A DNA stretch of 64,000 nt from a candidate division WOR-3 bacterium. GTDB lineage: Bacteria; Hydrothermota; 32-111. Made by a program: the position numbers and the translations under genes. Every line of letters starts with the position of its first letter. The stretch's first letter is position 1. Below are positions 1-10,507 of this stretch, piece by piece. The notes under the pieces are model-generated. The model searched no databases. It worked only from the letters and a program-made list of their open reading frames with translations, and was not told the DNA's origin. The DNA lies in NCBI GenBank assembly GCA_039804105.1, contig JBDRZU010000001.1, positions 608,001 through 672,000 on the forward strand. The letters run 5' to 3'.

Positions 1-1759
1 ATTCCTTAATCACCCGTTCAAACTCACTTCTTAATGTATCTATTTCATGATTGATTTTGATTCTATATTCTTTTTCAAGAGAATTTTTTTTACTCAAATA
101 ATCTTCCATCTCTTTTTTTGTAATCTCTTCAATTTTTAGTTGACTCTTTTTTAACAGTTCCAACTTTTCCTTTTCCTTTTCTAATAACTCAATTTTTTTC
201 TGATACTCTTTTATCAGTTCAGAATAATCAAGAAAATCTTTTCCAACCATCTTATAACTTTCCTGAATTATCTTTTCTGGGAAACTGTATTTTTTTAAAA
301 GTAAAAACATCCCCGATTGCCCCACCGTTCCATACTCCAATTCAAAATATGGAGTATTGTTTTCAAAATCGTATTTCATAGCAGAACATATAATTTTTTT
401 ATTTTTTAATGCAAACTCTTTTATCGGATCATAATGTGTTGTAAAAATAACTGTTGAATCCTTTTCAAGAAAACCATTTATTAATGAAATAGCAAAAGAA
501 GTTCCCTCTTTTATAGATGTTCCAGTACCAATCTCATCAAGTAAAATCAAAGAATTTTCATCACAATTTTCAATTATCTTTTTATAGTTTATAAGATGTG
601 ATGCAAATGTTGAAACTCCTTCTTCAAGTGATTGATCATCACCTATATCACAAAAAATTTTATCGAACAATCTGATTTTTGAGTATTCACTTGCACATAT
701 TGGAAGACCCAGTTTTGAAAGAATAACCGATACTCCAACAGTTTTCAAAACAGCAGTTTTTCCACCCATATTCGGACCGGTTATCAAAAGAGATTTTCCT
801 TTCTCTACCTTTATGTTAACAGGTTTTGCTTCCTTTATTTTAACTTTTTTTATTATCGGGTGGTAAACCCTTATCAAATCGATATCTTCAGAGATTTCAA
901 CAAAATTTGCCTCATACTCGTTCATAAAAATAACTATCGAATTTATAAGATCTATATCAAATATAAATTTCGAAAAAATAGAAAAGAGTGAAACATCAGA
1001 AACAATTTCTTGTTTTAAATCTTCAAGAATTCTTGCTATCTCAAGTCGCTCTTCTTCTTTCAATTCGTTCAACCTGTTATTCAAAAACACCAATTCTTCC
1101 GGCTCAATGAAAACAGTTCTTTTACTGTTTGAATAGGAATGGAAAACACCTTTTATTCTATTCTTTTCGTGGACATCAACCTGTAATACTATTCTATTAT
1201 CAACAATCGTTATATTACTATCACTTAAATATTGCTCATATTTTTTTAGAATTTTTGAAATAACTTTATCCTGGGACGATAAAAGAAAATTAATGTCTTT
1301 TCTTATTTTGGCAAGATTTGCTGTAGCATCATCTTTTATCTTTCCATCATTGGTAACAATTTTTTCAAGTTTCTCTTTGAATGAAAAAATTTTTTGAATA
1401 TCGAACTGAAAATCAAAAAATGAAAAAAAGTAATTTTTATCGATTTTGAAAAATTTTACTGAATAATCTATTGAATTTTTAATTTCGAGAAGATCCTGTT
1501 CAACAACATGTCCATTCAAATTTTTCAACCTTAAATATATATCATCAATATTCGAAAAACCATTAAAAGAAAGTTTTGGAAAAATTTTTTGACTGTATAA
1601 TAAAACAGTTTGTTTAAAATTCAAATACTCATCTATATTTGATAAATATGGTAAATCATCAAATTTTTTCTTTGTTGATCTTAAAAGGGAATGTTTTTTG
1701 TATTCCTCAAGTACAAGATTTAATTCTAACTTTTCCCTTTCCCTAAAATTTTCTAACAT
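1..1759 (-). CDS. mutS2: Endonuclease MutS2 (3' end runs off the window; not in the ORF track)
   Basis: Manual translation from ATG 1759: MLENFREREKLELNLVLEEY..., Walker A LLITGPNMGGKTAVLKTVG, IFCDIGDDQSLEEGVSTFASHL, LILLDEIGTGT, TTHY; open to window edge. Confidence 0.93.
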   Translation of the reverse strand, partial: MLENFREREKLELNLVLEEYKKHSLLRSTKKKFDDLPYLSNIDEYLNFKQTVLLYSQKIFPKLSFNGFSNIDDIYLRLKNLNGHVVEQDLLEIKNSIDYSVKFFKIDKNYFFSFFDFQFDIQKIFSFKEKLEKIVTNDGKIKDDATANLAKIRKDINFLLSSQDKVISKILKKYEQYLSDSNITIVDNRIVLQVDVHEKNRIKGVFHSYSNSKRTVFIEPEELVFLNNRLNELKEEERLEIARILEDLKQEIVSDVSLFSIFSKFIFDIDLINSIVIFMNEYEANFVEISEDIDLIRVYHPIIKKVKIKEAKPVNIKVEKGKSLLITGPNMGGKTAVLKTVGVSVILSKLGLPICASEYSKIRLFDKIFCDIGDDQSLEEGVSTFASHLINYKKIIENCDENSLILLDEIGTGTSIKEGTSFAISLINGFLEKDSTVIFTTHYDPIKEFALKNKKIICSAMKYDFENNTPYFELEYGTVGQSGMFLLLKKYSFPEKIIQESYKMVGKDFLDYSELIKEYQKKIELLEKEKEKLELLKKSQLKIEEITKKEMEDYLSKKNSLEKEYRIKINHEIDTLRSEFERVIKE

Positions 1760-2222
1760 TCTTAAAAATTTTAGTATCCATTAAGATTTTATAATATTTT
1801 AAAGTTAAACTCGTTTCAAATATTTTTTGTAAATTTTTAGTCAAAGCAAAAGAAGTTAAAAAATTTAAAATACCTCCAATTATAAGAAAGGTTATAAAAC
1901 CCCATGCGATTATTCCAATCACTTTATCAAATATAATAACAGGCGTTTTTTTCAGAATGTTTACAAGAAGTAAAACAAACAATATTATCAATGAAAATAC
2001 GATGAATAAAAGGATTATAAAAGAAAGAATTTTTAAAAGATTACCTTCAACTTTAATAAATTTTGCTAGAAAATTTGAGAAATACAAAAAGTTTTTTAAT
2101 GTGAAAAAGAAAGATACTATCAAAGCAAATATATATCCAACTGGTGTTAAAATTCCTTTGAAAAAACCTAAAACAGAACTTATGAGGATTAAAGTCGATG
2201 ATATTATATCGACTATATTCAT
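1743..2222 (-). CDS. cvpA: CvpA (colicin V production) family membrane protein
   Basis: MNIVDII...GFFKG start, about 4 hydrophobic segments, DKVIG motif; directly upstream of mutS2, a common context. Confidence 0.75.
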   Translation of the reverse strand: MNIVDIISSTLILISSVLGFFKGILTPVGYIFALIVSFFFTLKNFLYFSNFLAKFIKVEGNLLKILSFIILLFIVFSLIILFVLLLVNILKKTPVIIFDKVIGIIAWGFITFLIIGGILNFLTSFALTKNLQKIFETSLTLKYYKILMDTKIFKNVRKF

Positions 2223-2229
2223 CAATAAT

Positions 2230-2424
2230 TTAATCCTTCATAATATTTGAACGATAACTTTTCCTTATTGCCTGAATTCTTTCTCTTTTTTTTATTTCAC
2301 TTGGTTTTTCATAAAACTGGTGTTTTTTAATTTCACTTAAGATTCCCGCTTTTTCGCATAATCTTTTAAATCTTTTTAAAGCAGCATCAAAAGATTCACC
2401 TTCTCTTACTTTAACTCCTGGCAT
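2230..2424 (-). CDS. rpsU: 30S ribosomal protein S21
   Basis: [50 protein letters not shown] 6 nt before ATG 2424. Confidence 0.97.
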   Translation of the reverse strand: MPGVKVREGESFDAALKRFKRLCEKAGILSEIKKHQFYEKPSEIKKRERIQAIRKSYRSNIMKD

Positions 2425-2457
2425 TAGCATCACCTCACTTCGTTAAAATTTTTAGGT

Positions 2458-2485
2458 ATTATATTTAAATAATTAGTTTTGTCAA
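2458..2485 (-). promoter_or_regulatory. sigma70-type promoter for rpsU-cvpA-mutS2
   Basis: TTGACA-N16-TATAAT on the minus strand. Confidence 0.8.
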
Positions 2486-2541
2486 CATTTTTTTATTCAA
2501 ATGGTAAAAATAAAAAAATTTCGTAAAATAAAAATAAGGTA

Positions 2542-2569
2542 TTGACAAAATTAAAAATTTTTTTATAAT
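2542..2569 (+). promoter_or_regulatory. sigma70-type promoter for the OmpA-domain gene (likely leaderless)
   Basis: TTGACA-N16-TATAAT; ATG 8 nt downstream; no SD. Confidence 0.8.
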
Positions 2570-2577
2570 TTTTTTAA

Positions 2578-3597
2578 ATGAAAAATAAAACTAAAATTTT
2601 TATCATCTTCTTTTTTCTTTTTTCTTCATTTGTTTTTGGGAAGGGGTTGGGGAAGATAGAATTAAAAAATGGTTTTTCCGGTTATGGGGGGAATTGTTTG
2701 GTTTCAAATTTTCCTAATTTTTCTAACTCTTCTTCCCTAACTTATTTTTTTAAAAACGAAAATAATGAAGGTTTTCTGGTTGCAAATGTTTTTTCCGAAG
2801 AAGATAATAGCGAAATAGACGCTTTAATTTTTATCGGTAAAGAGAAATTTTTTGTTGAGGATGGGAACCGTAAAATCAAATTAAAAGAGGGGAACTATAA
2901 TGTTAAAATATTTTCCGATGAAATGACTCCTGTTGAAGATAACATAAAAATAGTTAAAGATTCAACAGTTGTAAAAATTTTTCAATTAAAACCAGTGTCG
3001 AAAAAAGTTGAAATTAAAGGCAAAATTTTGGACTTTGAAAACAACAGTCCAATTTCATTTTACTTTGATGCAAAAAATTGTAAAAATTATTATGAGTGCG
3101 ACTACGATTCAATAAGCGGAATATTCAAAATTAAAGGTTTCGTTGGACTCTGTACTCTTGAAATTTACCCTTATGGGGATTATTATATGCCTTTAAAAAG
3201 AGAGATAAAATTATCTGAAGATTGTGATACCTTTCCATCAATATTTGTGTTAAAAGACAATATTACAAAATCCTTTAACACTCTATTCTTAAAAAATGGA
3301 TCGATTCTTGATAAAAGTTCTTTTACTGAACTTGATAAGATTGTAAATATATTAAATGATTATCCAACTTTGAAAATTAAAATATACTCTTTTACAGATG
3401 ATTCAGGAAAAGCTGAAGATAATCTAAAATTGTCAGAAAAAAGATGCGAGACGGTTAGGGAATATTTATTGGAGAGAGGTATTGAACAGGAGAGAATATC
3501 TATTAAAGGTTTTGGAGAAACGATGAATCTTTTTGACAATGAAACAAAAGAGAACAGATTAAAAAATAGAAGATTGGAGATTACTTTTTATAGATAA
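2578..3597 (+). CDS. Exported OmpA-family (peptidoglycan-binding C-terminal domain) protein
   Basis: N-terminal signal peptide; C-terminal FTDDSG..NLKLSEKRCETVREYL..GI..RI..KGFGE...NRRLE. Confidence 0.88.
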   Translation: MKNKTKIFIIFFFLFSSFVFGKGLGKIELKNGFSGYGGNCLVSNFPNFSNSSSLTYFFKNENNEGFLVANVFSEEDNSEIDALIFIGKEKFFVEDGNRKIKLKEGNYNVKIFSDEMTPVEDNIKIVKDSTVVKIFQLKPVSKKVEIKGKILDFENNSPISFYFDAKNCKNYYECDYDSISGIFKIKGFVGLCTLEIYPYGDYYMPLKREIKLSEDCDTFPSIFVLKDNITKSFNTLFLKNGSILDKSSFTELDKIVNILNDYPTLKIKIYSFTDDSGKAEDNLKLSEKRCETVREYLLERGIEQERISIKGFGETMNLFDNETKENRLKNRRLEITFYR

Positions 3598-3598
3598 C

Positions 3599-4012
3599 TC
3601 ATTCTCCAAAAACCTTTAATATTATTCTCTTTTCCCTCATTCCATCAAATTCAAAATAAAAAATTCTTTCCCAAACACCAAGATCAAGTTTTGAATCTGT
3701 TATTGGAACAATGACCTGATGGTTAATAAGTATCCTTTTAAGATGGGCATCACCGTTATCTTCACCTGTAGTATGATGTTTATAATCAACTCTTTCAGGT
3801 GCAAGTTTTTCAAGCCATTCAAAAATATCCTGCCATAAACCTTCTTCGTAATCGTTAACAAGAATACCAGAGGTGATATGCATACTTGAAACAAGAACAA
3901 AACCTTCTTTAACTTTACTATCCTTTACAAACTTTTCAACCAAATCGGTTATATGAACTATATCTTTTCGTTTTTTTGTTTTTATCTTTAAATATTCAGT
4001 TCTGATGATCAA
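3599..4012 (-). CDS. yjbQ: YjbQ / UPF0047 family protein
   Basis: [39 protein letters not shown] start with SD AGGAGGTG. Confidence 0.9.
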   Translation of the reverse strand: MIIRTEYLKIKTKKRKDIVHITDLVEKFVKDSKVKEGFVLVSSMHITSGILVNDYEEGLWQDIFEWLEKLAPERVDYKHHTTGEDNGDAHLKRILINHQVIVPITDSKLDLGVWERIFYFEFDGMREKRIILKVFGE

Positions 4013-5138
4013 AAAACACCTCCTTTAATTTTTTTCTATAGGTTTCAACCGAATCGAATCTATCACATTTATAATCAATATCGATTTTCCCCCAATCTTT
4101 AATTACCCTTTCAACAATAGATTTTAAACCAATATGACTTTTGTTTTCAAAGATGTACAACTTTTTATAATCTTTTAATAACTCTTTGGCAGGTGTCAAA
4201 TTTGAAGCGATTATAACCTTACCACATTTTGCTGCCTCAAACATAACCCTACCAGAGGTTTCTGGCCAGAGAGAAGGGAATATGAGAACATCAAAACTAC
4301 TTAATACTTGATCAATTTTTTCAATTTCGAATTTACCTTTAATTGAAATCCTTTTATCTTTAACTCTATTTTTAATATCACCCCATAAAAGTAGTTTTAT
4401 ATTTTCATCTTTTATAAGTTTAAAAGATTTTAAAACCGTCTGTAAACCTTTATGGTAGGCAGAATGACCAATAAAAGCAAACACAGGATATTTTTCCTTT
4501 TCTTTTTTACCACAAAAAATATCTTTTTGAAAATTTTTTAAAACAACACTTTTATAAGATAAATTCAAAAATCTATCTGTTATTTCAAAAGATTTTTTTG
4601 AAGGATATATAATTTTATCGATATACAAAAAAATTTCATCAAAAAAATTTTTTCGATTTTTATACCAGACCAACCTTTTCATAAACAACTCTAAAAATGG
4701 AAAGAGAAAATCCCTGATCTGTCTCGTTATCGGAAGAAAAGGATATTTGTCCATATAGCAGTAGATACAGTTCTTTCCATAAGGCCCAGAACACAACATT
4801 TTTCTGTTATTTATAAGCACTACCCTTTCACAGATGGAATAATAATCATGAGAGATAAAACCAATTTTTATATTTTTCTCTTTGACTCGATTTAATATTT
4901 GGGGGGTAATGAATCTTAAAGAATGAAGCAAAAACAGATCAAATTCTTCTTCATCAATTTTTCTAAAAAAATCTTCAGCGTCTAAAAAATTTTTCTCTCT
5001 TTTAACGATCAAAATTTTTTTGTCTTTTATACTAGAACACAATGTTAAAATTTTTTCATCATCAAGAGCGAGTTCTTTCAAAAAGAGTGAAGAACCACCG
5101 TCATCTTTGAATTCATCTATATAGTGTATAATTTTCAT
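3996..5138 (-). CDS. Glycosyltransferase family 4 with Cys-rich insert
   Basis: HKG motif, [20 protein letters not shown] (ExF/S-x7-E), HDYYSIC...C...CIYC. Confidence 0.85.
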   Translation of the reverse strand: MKIIHYIDEFKDDGGSSLFLKELALDDEKILTLCSSIKDKKILIVKREKNFLDAEDFFRKIDEEEFDLFLLHSLRFITPQILNRVKEKNIKIGFISHDYYSICERVVLINNRKMLCSGPYGKNCIYCYMDKYPFLPITRQIRDFLFPFLELFMKRLVWYKNRKNFFDEIFLYIDKIIYPSKKSFEITDRFLNLSYKSVVLKNFQKDIFCGKKEKEKYPVFAFIGHSAYHKGLQTVLKSFKLIKDENIKLLLWGDIKNRVKDKRISIKGKFEIEKIDQVLSSFDVLIFPSLWPETSGRVMFEAAKCGKVIIASNLTPAKELLKDYKKLYIFENKSHIGLKSIVERVIKDWGKIDIDYKCDRFDSVETYRKKLKEVFFDHQN

Positions 5139-6337
5139 AACAGATACTCCAGAATCTTTTCAAACTGTTTTACGAACCTGTTTTTGTCAAAAGGTCCATC
5201 TTTATAACCTTGAACTTGCTCGCTTCCATTTATAGCGGTTTCCCTTGCATTTTCTGCCATAGTTTTTTTTAGTTTTTCATCAAGATATAACTGTTTTAAA
5301 TAGTTATAAGTTAAAATGTGATCCTGAAAAGGAACAATAAAACCATTAAATCTATTTTTCACAATATAACACGAACCCCAGCAATAGGAATTTATCGTAG
5401 GAATACCATAAGAATGTGCTTCAACACTTACAATACCAAAAGATTCTGCAATCGATGGTAAAAGGAAAACATCAGTTTGCAAAAAAAGTTCATCTTTCTT
5501 TTGTTCTGATACATAAGGATAATAAGTTATAAACTCCTCATCTAAACTTTTAATATATTTTTTATCAATCTTCCCTACAATTGTGAATTTAATATTTTTA
5601 AATTCAGAATATAACATTTTAGTTGCTTTCAAACTTGTTTCTATTCCTTTTTCATAATTCTGCCTTCCAATCGAGAGAACATTGAAAATACCATTTCCTC
5701 CTTTTGAAATTTGCGATGGAATTTTAATATAAGAGTTCAGTTGAAATATTTTCTTTCCAAAATTTTTTAGATAATCTTTCTCATAGGAATTAAGATAGAT
5801 TAAAACATCTGACAGTTCATATAAATTTTTATAATAAGGATGGAAAAACTCATAGAAAAACCTTTCTGTATAAGGTAATGTCGAATGTATTTGAGGAATA
5901 AAAACCTTTTTTTTCCCATACTTTTTTGCATAATAAAGCACAGGATAAACTATAGATGTAAAAGGAAGAAAACCCGTTATGATGATATCATATTTAGTTA
6001 CATTCTTTTTAAGATCGAATACTAAAGATGGAGACAAGATTTTAAAATTCAAAGAATAATATTTAAGAAGTCCAATTTCTTCAAAATATTTTAGGATTCT
6101 GTTCTTATATGGAAAATTTATAAGTGAAAATCTTTTTATCAAAGAACCGTCAAAATTTTCTTCAGATTCTAACAACTTATCATTTTTTTCATAAGAATCA
6201 TCTGAAACCTTTAAAGTGTAAACATCAACATCAAATTTTTTTTCTTTCAGATAATCAAAAATTTGTTTTGAATAAACCTCAGAACCTGAAACTATGGGAA
6301 AAAATCTGTTAAAAACAAGTAAAAATTTTTTAGCCAT
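5135..6337 (-). CDS. Glycosyltransferase family 4
   Basis: FFPIVSGSE, GRQNYEKG, DVFLLPSIAESFGIVSVEA. Confidence 0.88.
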   Translation of the reverse strand: MAKKFLLVFNRFFPIVSGSEVYSKQIFDYLKEKKFDVDVYTLKVSDDSYEKNDKLLESEENFDGSLIKRFSLINFPYKNRILKYFEEIGLLKYYSLNFKILSPSLVFDLKKNVTKYDIIITGFLPFTSIVYPVLYYAKKYGKKKVFIPQIHSTLPYTERFFYEFFHPYYKNLYELSDVLIYLNSYEKDYLKNFGKKIFQLNSYIKIPSQISKGGNGIFNVLSIGRQNYEKGIETSLKATKMLYSEFKNIKFTIVGKIDKKYIKSLDEEFITYYPYVSEQKKDELFLQTDVFLLPSIAESFGIVSVEAHSYGIPTINSYCWGSCYIVKNRFNGFIVPFQDHILTYNYLKQLYLDEKLKKTMAENARETAINGSEQVQGYKDGPFDKNRFVKQFEKILEYLL

Positions 6338-7646
6338 CCTTTTTGCCTATATAGGTAATCTTTATTTTATCCATTGCCTTAATTTTTAGATGTACTTTAC
6401 CCTTTACAACTTTGAAATAAAATGGAGATCTCTTTGACAATATTTTAGTATCATTGTACTCCATTAAAATCTCTTTGTTTTCTGGATAATAAACGATCAA
6501 ATATTCATAATCCTGATCACTCTCTAAAAAAACCTCTCCCTCTTTTGATACGAATCTGCCAATTGGAAAATTTTTATCAAGGAATGAAAAACCTTTCCCA
6601 ATATAATTATCATTTATTCCAAAAGTAATTGAATTTTTCAAGTGGGATATTTCGTTAAAATTTGAAGCCACTTTTACCTTTTCATCAAAAATCTGTTCAA
6701 CAGGAAATGGCTCAAAACTCTTATCAAGAAAATTTTCAACACATTTTGCTTTTAACAAAAATTTTCTTTTAAATCTTATAAAAAGAATTTTTGGAAGTTC
6801 CATTAGTAATGAAAATAAAATTTTCAGATGGAGAAGATTTTTTTTAAACAACCTTGTTTTAAGTAAAAATATTTTTGCCAACAAAAGATTTTTAAAAGAT
6901 AAAAATTTCAATATAAAATAGTACTGATTTTTTAAAATTAAAAATTCTTTTCTTTTTGAAAAATTTTTAAAACTCCCTGAGTACTCATGATAACATATAG
7001 CATCATTAACAAACTCAATCTTGTAATCTGTTTCAGTTAAAATTCTTATCGAAAGATCTGCATCTTCATAAAACGATGAATAAGAAAAATCGAAAAGTCC
7101 TATTTCATTTAAAACTTCTTTTCTTATTCCAAAACAACCACCTGTTAAAAGGATGTTTGAATCTTTTGAGAATTCAACATTATCATTTACTCCATAATCT
7201 CGATTTTTAGCAAAACCAGCAAGGTTTAAAATCAATCCGGTTGAGTTTATCATATCCCTTTTGCCATTAAATTTTATGCAAGGAATAGCCGCTCCGACAT
7301 CCTTGTTTAAAAAGCCCTTATCGAAGTTTTCCAAAAAATCTTTCTCCAAAATAATATCGTTGTTCATAACAAGAAGTATATCCGAACCAGAATAGAAGAA
7401 ATATTTTAATCCAAAATTGTGTGAAACATAACCAAAATTTTTGTTAACTCTTGTGACTTTAACTGCAGGAAACAATCTATGAACATCTTCAACAGAGGAA
7501 TCGGTTGAGCAATTATCGATAAGATGAATTATAAAATTTTTATAAGTTTGCTTAAAAATCGAATCTATGGATTCAAAGAAAACATCTTTTAACAATGAAC
7601 TTCCATTAAAGTTGACTATCTGAACTATATAAAGATTCCTTTTCAT
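6330..7646 (-). CDS. Glycosyltransferase family 2 (rhamnosyltransferase-like) with C-terminal extension
   Basis: IVNFNG, LIDNCSTD, NFGY, MNNDI, GLFD..Y.EDADL. Confidence 0.85.
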   Translation of the reverse strand: MKRNLYIVQIVNFNGSSLLKDVFFESIDSIFKQTYKNFIIHLIDNCSTDSSVEDVHRLFPAVKVTRVNKNFGYVSHNFGLKYFFYSGSDILLVMNNDIILEKDFLENFDKGFLNKDVGAAIPCIKFNGKRDMINSTGLILNLAGFAKNRDYGVNDNVEFSKDSNILLTGGCFGIRKEVLNEIGLFDFSYSSFYEDADLSIRILTETDYKIEFVNDAICYHEYSGSFKNFSKRKEFLILKNQYYFILKFLSFKNLLLAKIFLLKTRLFKKNLLHLKILFSLLMELPKILFIRFKRKFLLKAKCVENFLDKSFEPFPVEQIFDEKVKVASNFNEISHLKNSITFGINDNYIGKGFSFLDKNFPIGRFVSKEGEVFLESDQDYEYLIVYYPENKEILMEYNDTKILSKRSPFYFKVVKGKVHLKIKAMDKIKITYIGKKDG

Positions 7647-8488
7647 AAAAATTTTTTAATACATCTTTTTAAAGCATCTTCAAATGGTGGCATATCTTTA
7701 ATGCCAAGATCTTTTAATCTCATGCTTTTCAAAGCACAATTTTTCGGAATCTTTTCGATCAGGTCATCATTTCTGATATTTATTTTTACATCTTTTTTCA
7801 GATAATCTTTGATAATTTTAGCAACTTCAATATAAGAAACCATACCAACATTTACAAGATGTAAAATCCCGGATACGGTTTTATCTTTCTTCAATAACTC
7901 TTCTATCTTTAAAGATAAATCAAAAGCGTATGTAGGGGAAGTGAGTATGTTATACAAAGAAACATCTTTTCCATCAAGGATCTTTTTTATGGTAAAACCT
8001 ATCACATTATGTCCAGGGGTAAAATTTCCATACCCAAATATTTCATCAGTTCTCACTATTAAAGCATCGGGATTGTTTTCTAAAATCAATATTTCTCCTT
8101 TGAATTTAGAAAACCCATAAACAGTTTTTGGTTCAGGTGAATCTGACTCAACATATTCTTCACCTTTTTCACCATTGAAAACAAATCCAGTAGAAAGATG
8201 AACAAACTTTATATTAAGTTCTTTTGAAATTTTTGCAAGTTCGCTCGGTGCATAGGCATTTATTTTCAGTGATTCTTCTGGATTTTTTTCACAATAATAA
8301 ATGTTTGTGATTCCTGCACAATTAATACATACATCAATCTTATTTTCTTTAACAAAAAGATAAAATCTTTCATAATTAACTATATTCAAATCACTATGTG
8401 AAGGTGCAAAAACTTTAAATTCTCTTTTAAAAGTTTCTGCAAGGTATTTCCCAAGAAGACCTCCACTTCCCAAAATTAAAACTTTCAT
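7643..8488 (-). CDS. rfbD: dTDP-4-dehydrorhamnose reductase family (RmlD-like SDR)
   Basis: ILGSGGLLG, INCAGIT, HLSTGFVFNG, YGFSK (YxxxK), SPTY. Confidence 0.8.
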   Translation of the reverse strand: MKVLILGSGGLLGKYLAETFKREFKVFAPSHSDLNIVNYERFYLFVKENKIDVCINCAGITNIYYCEKNPEESLKINAYAPSELAKISKELNIKFVHLSTGFVFNGEKGEEYVESDSPEPKTVYGFSKFKGEILILENNPDALIVRTDEIFGYGNFTPGHNVIGFTIKKILDGKDVSLYNILTSPTYAFDLSLKIEELLKKDKTVSGILHLVNVGMVSYIEVAKIIKDYLKKDVKINIRNDDLIEKIPKNCALKSMRLKDLGIKDMPPFEDALKRCIKKFL

Positions 8489-8543
8489 TTCCCCCTCCTA
8501 ATATTGAAATAACAATCAAAATTTCTATAAAATTTTGAAAAGT

Positions 8544-9671
8544 TCATAACTGCCATTTAACAGGTATTTTGATAAAACCCAAATGTGTTTTTCTTTCTCC
8601 AACAATTTCAAAAGAAGAAGCAAAATCTATATGATCGTAAGGGAATCTGTTATGAACATCATAGAATGCAACAGAAATATAATATTTACCTGGGTTCAGG
8701 TTTAAAGGATTAAAAGAAAAACTTATTTCACCATAATCTTTAAGATCAACATATCTTCCTTCATAATCATAGATATTTGGTCCAGATATGATATTTGAAA
8801 ATTGATCTGTTATAGAAAACCCAAAGATTCCCTTATCTACTTTTCCATTTTTTTTATATCTGACCTTAAAAGATATTTCCTTTCTCTCGAAAGAAGAATA
8901 TCTATTGTTTTCGCATATTATTTCAACTATCTCTATCTCTCTGCTTCCTCTCCTTATTATATTTTTTGACGGATCATTCTCTTTTTTCGAAAGATAATTT
9001 GAAACAACTTCTTCAGGATTCCCAATGTCAACTAATTCTCCATTTTCAAGAAGAGCTACTCTATCCGAAAATCTTGAGATCAAACCCATATCATGTGAAA
9101 CAAAAAGGATCGTAATTCCTTCATTTTTTAGATTCTCAACTTTTTCAAGACATTTCCTCTGAAAATGGATATCTCCAACTGCGAGGACTTCATCTATAAT
9201 GAGTATTTCAGGATTTGAAAATATAGCAACAGAAAATCCCAATCTAACGTACATCCCTGTTGAATATTCTTTTACTTTCATATCAATATAATTCCCCAAT
9301 TCCGAAAACTCAACAATTTTATCGTATATTGATTTTATATATTTTTTTGAAAATCCCATAATTGTTCCATAAAGAAAGATGTTCTCCTTACCTGATAGTT
9401 CAGGATTGAATCCAATTCCAAGACCAAGGAAAGGAGAAACTTTGCCATAGACCCTCACACTACCTTTATCAGGTTTTAAAATTTTTGATACTATCGATAA
9501 CAGAGTTGTTTTTCCAGAACCGTTAGCACCTATTATGGAAAAAAACTCATTTTTTGAAATATCAAAAGAAATATTTTTTAAAGCTTCAATTTTTTTCTTT
9601 TTAAGAAGACCAATATTGGGATAGTATGTTAAAGAAACATTTTTTAAAGATACAACAAAATTGCTTCTCAT
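8544..9671 (-). CDS. wzt: Polysaccharide ABC exporter ATP-binding protein with Wzt C-terminal domain
   Basis: GANGSGKTT, YSTGMYVRLGFS, IIDEVLAVGD, VSHD; C-terminal LNPGKYYISV beta domain. Confidence 0.92.
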   Translation of the reverse strand: MRSNFVVSLKNVSLTYYPNIGLLKKKKIEALKNISFDISKNEFFSIIGANGSGKTTLLSIVSKILKPDKGSVRVYGKVSPFLGLGIGFNPELSGKENIFLYGTIMGFSKKYIKSIYDKIVEFSELGNYIDMKVKEYSTGMYVRLGFSVAIFSNPEILIIDEVLAVGDIHFQRKCLEKVENLKNEGITILFVSHDMGLISRFSDRVALLENGELVDIGNPEEVVSNYLSKKENDPSKNIIRRGSREIEIVEIICENNRYSSFERKEISFKVRYKKNGKVDKGIFGFSITDQFSNIISGPNIYDYEGRYVDLKDYGEISFSFNPLNLNPGKYYISVAFYDVHNRFPYDHIDFASSFEIVGERKTHLGFIKIPVKWQL

Positions 9672-10420
9672 AAACTCTTTACCACCCTGTCCTCATAAAT
9701 AGTAAATATGAGGTATCCAAAAAGTGCAAAAATGATTGAAAAGAAAATGGAGTTTATCGTAACAGTTATATCCGGTAAATTTGAATAAAAAAGGATGTTC
9801 TGTATCCCTATAACATAAACAGCAACAGGGTTTAAAAGATAAAGATGAATAAAGTTGTAAGGCACAAGTTCAAATGGATAAAATATAGGACATAGAAAAA
9901 ATAATGCCTGAACAAGTATCTCCCACCCAGCCTTAATATCCCTGAAAAAAACATAAATTACAGAAAGAATTGTTGATATACCAAAAAGAAAAAATGAAAA
10001 TATTATAATATAGGGAATAAAAAATAAGAAAACATAAGGAAAAGACCTGTTTATAACAATAAAGAAAATGATGTAAATGATATATTCAAAAAAAACTATT
10101 ATAAGATTTGAAATCACAAGCGATAAAGGTAAAATTAACCTTTCAATTTTAACCTTTAAAACCAACTCTCTGTTTCTGTTGAACAACTGCAAAGATTGTG
10201 TTGTTGTATTGACAAAAAATCTCCACAAAGTTGTTCCGGCAAGTATAAAAAGTGGATAATTTTTCATGTTGAATCTCATGAACCTGTTAAAAACGATATA
10301 GATAATGAGCATCAAAAAAAGAGGTTCAAAAATTATCCAGAAAAAACCCAGTAAGGAATTTTTATATTTGGTTTTGAGATCAGATTTTATAAGTTCAACT
10401 ATTAGATCAATATTTATCAT
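9668..10420 (-). CDS. wzm: Polysaccharide ABC exporter permease
   Basis: DLKTKYKNSLLGFFW..EPL, FFRD, PIFYP, LNPV; adjacent to wzt. Confidence 0.92.
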   Translation of the reverse strand: MINIDLIVELIKSDLKTKYKNSLLGFFWIIFEPLFLMLIIYIVFNRFMRFNMKNYPLFILAGTTLWRFFVNTTTQSLQLFNRNRELVLKVKIERLILPLSLVISNLIIVFFEYIIYIIFFIVINRSFPYVFLFFIPYIIIFSFFLFGISTILSVIYVFFRDIKAGWEILVQALFFLCPIFYPFELVPYNFIHLYLLNPVAVYVIGIQNILFYSNLPDITVTINSIFFSIIFALFGYLIFTIYEDRVVKSL

Positions 10421-10426
10421 AAATGT

Positions 10427-10454
10427 ATTTTAACAGAGATTATTTATCAGTCAA
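10427..10454 (-). promoter_or_regulatory. sigma70-type promoter for the wzm operon (likely leaderless)
   Basis: TTGACT-N16-TAAAAT with extended -10 TG; ATG 6 nt downstream. Confidence 0.7.
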
Positions 10455-10472
10455 GAACGTAATCAGGTTGTA

Positions 10473-10501
10473 TTGACTATTTAACTATGTTATGTTATAA
10501 A
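10473..10501 (+). promoter_or_regulatory. sigma70-type promoter for the dapB operon (likely leaderless)
   Basis: TTGACT-N17-TATAAA with extended -10 TG; ATG 6 nt downstream. Confidence 0.65.
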
Positions 10502-10507
10502 TAAATT

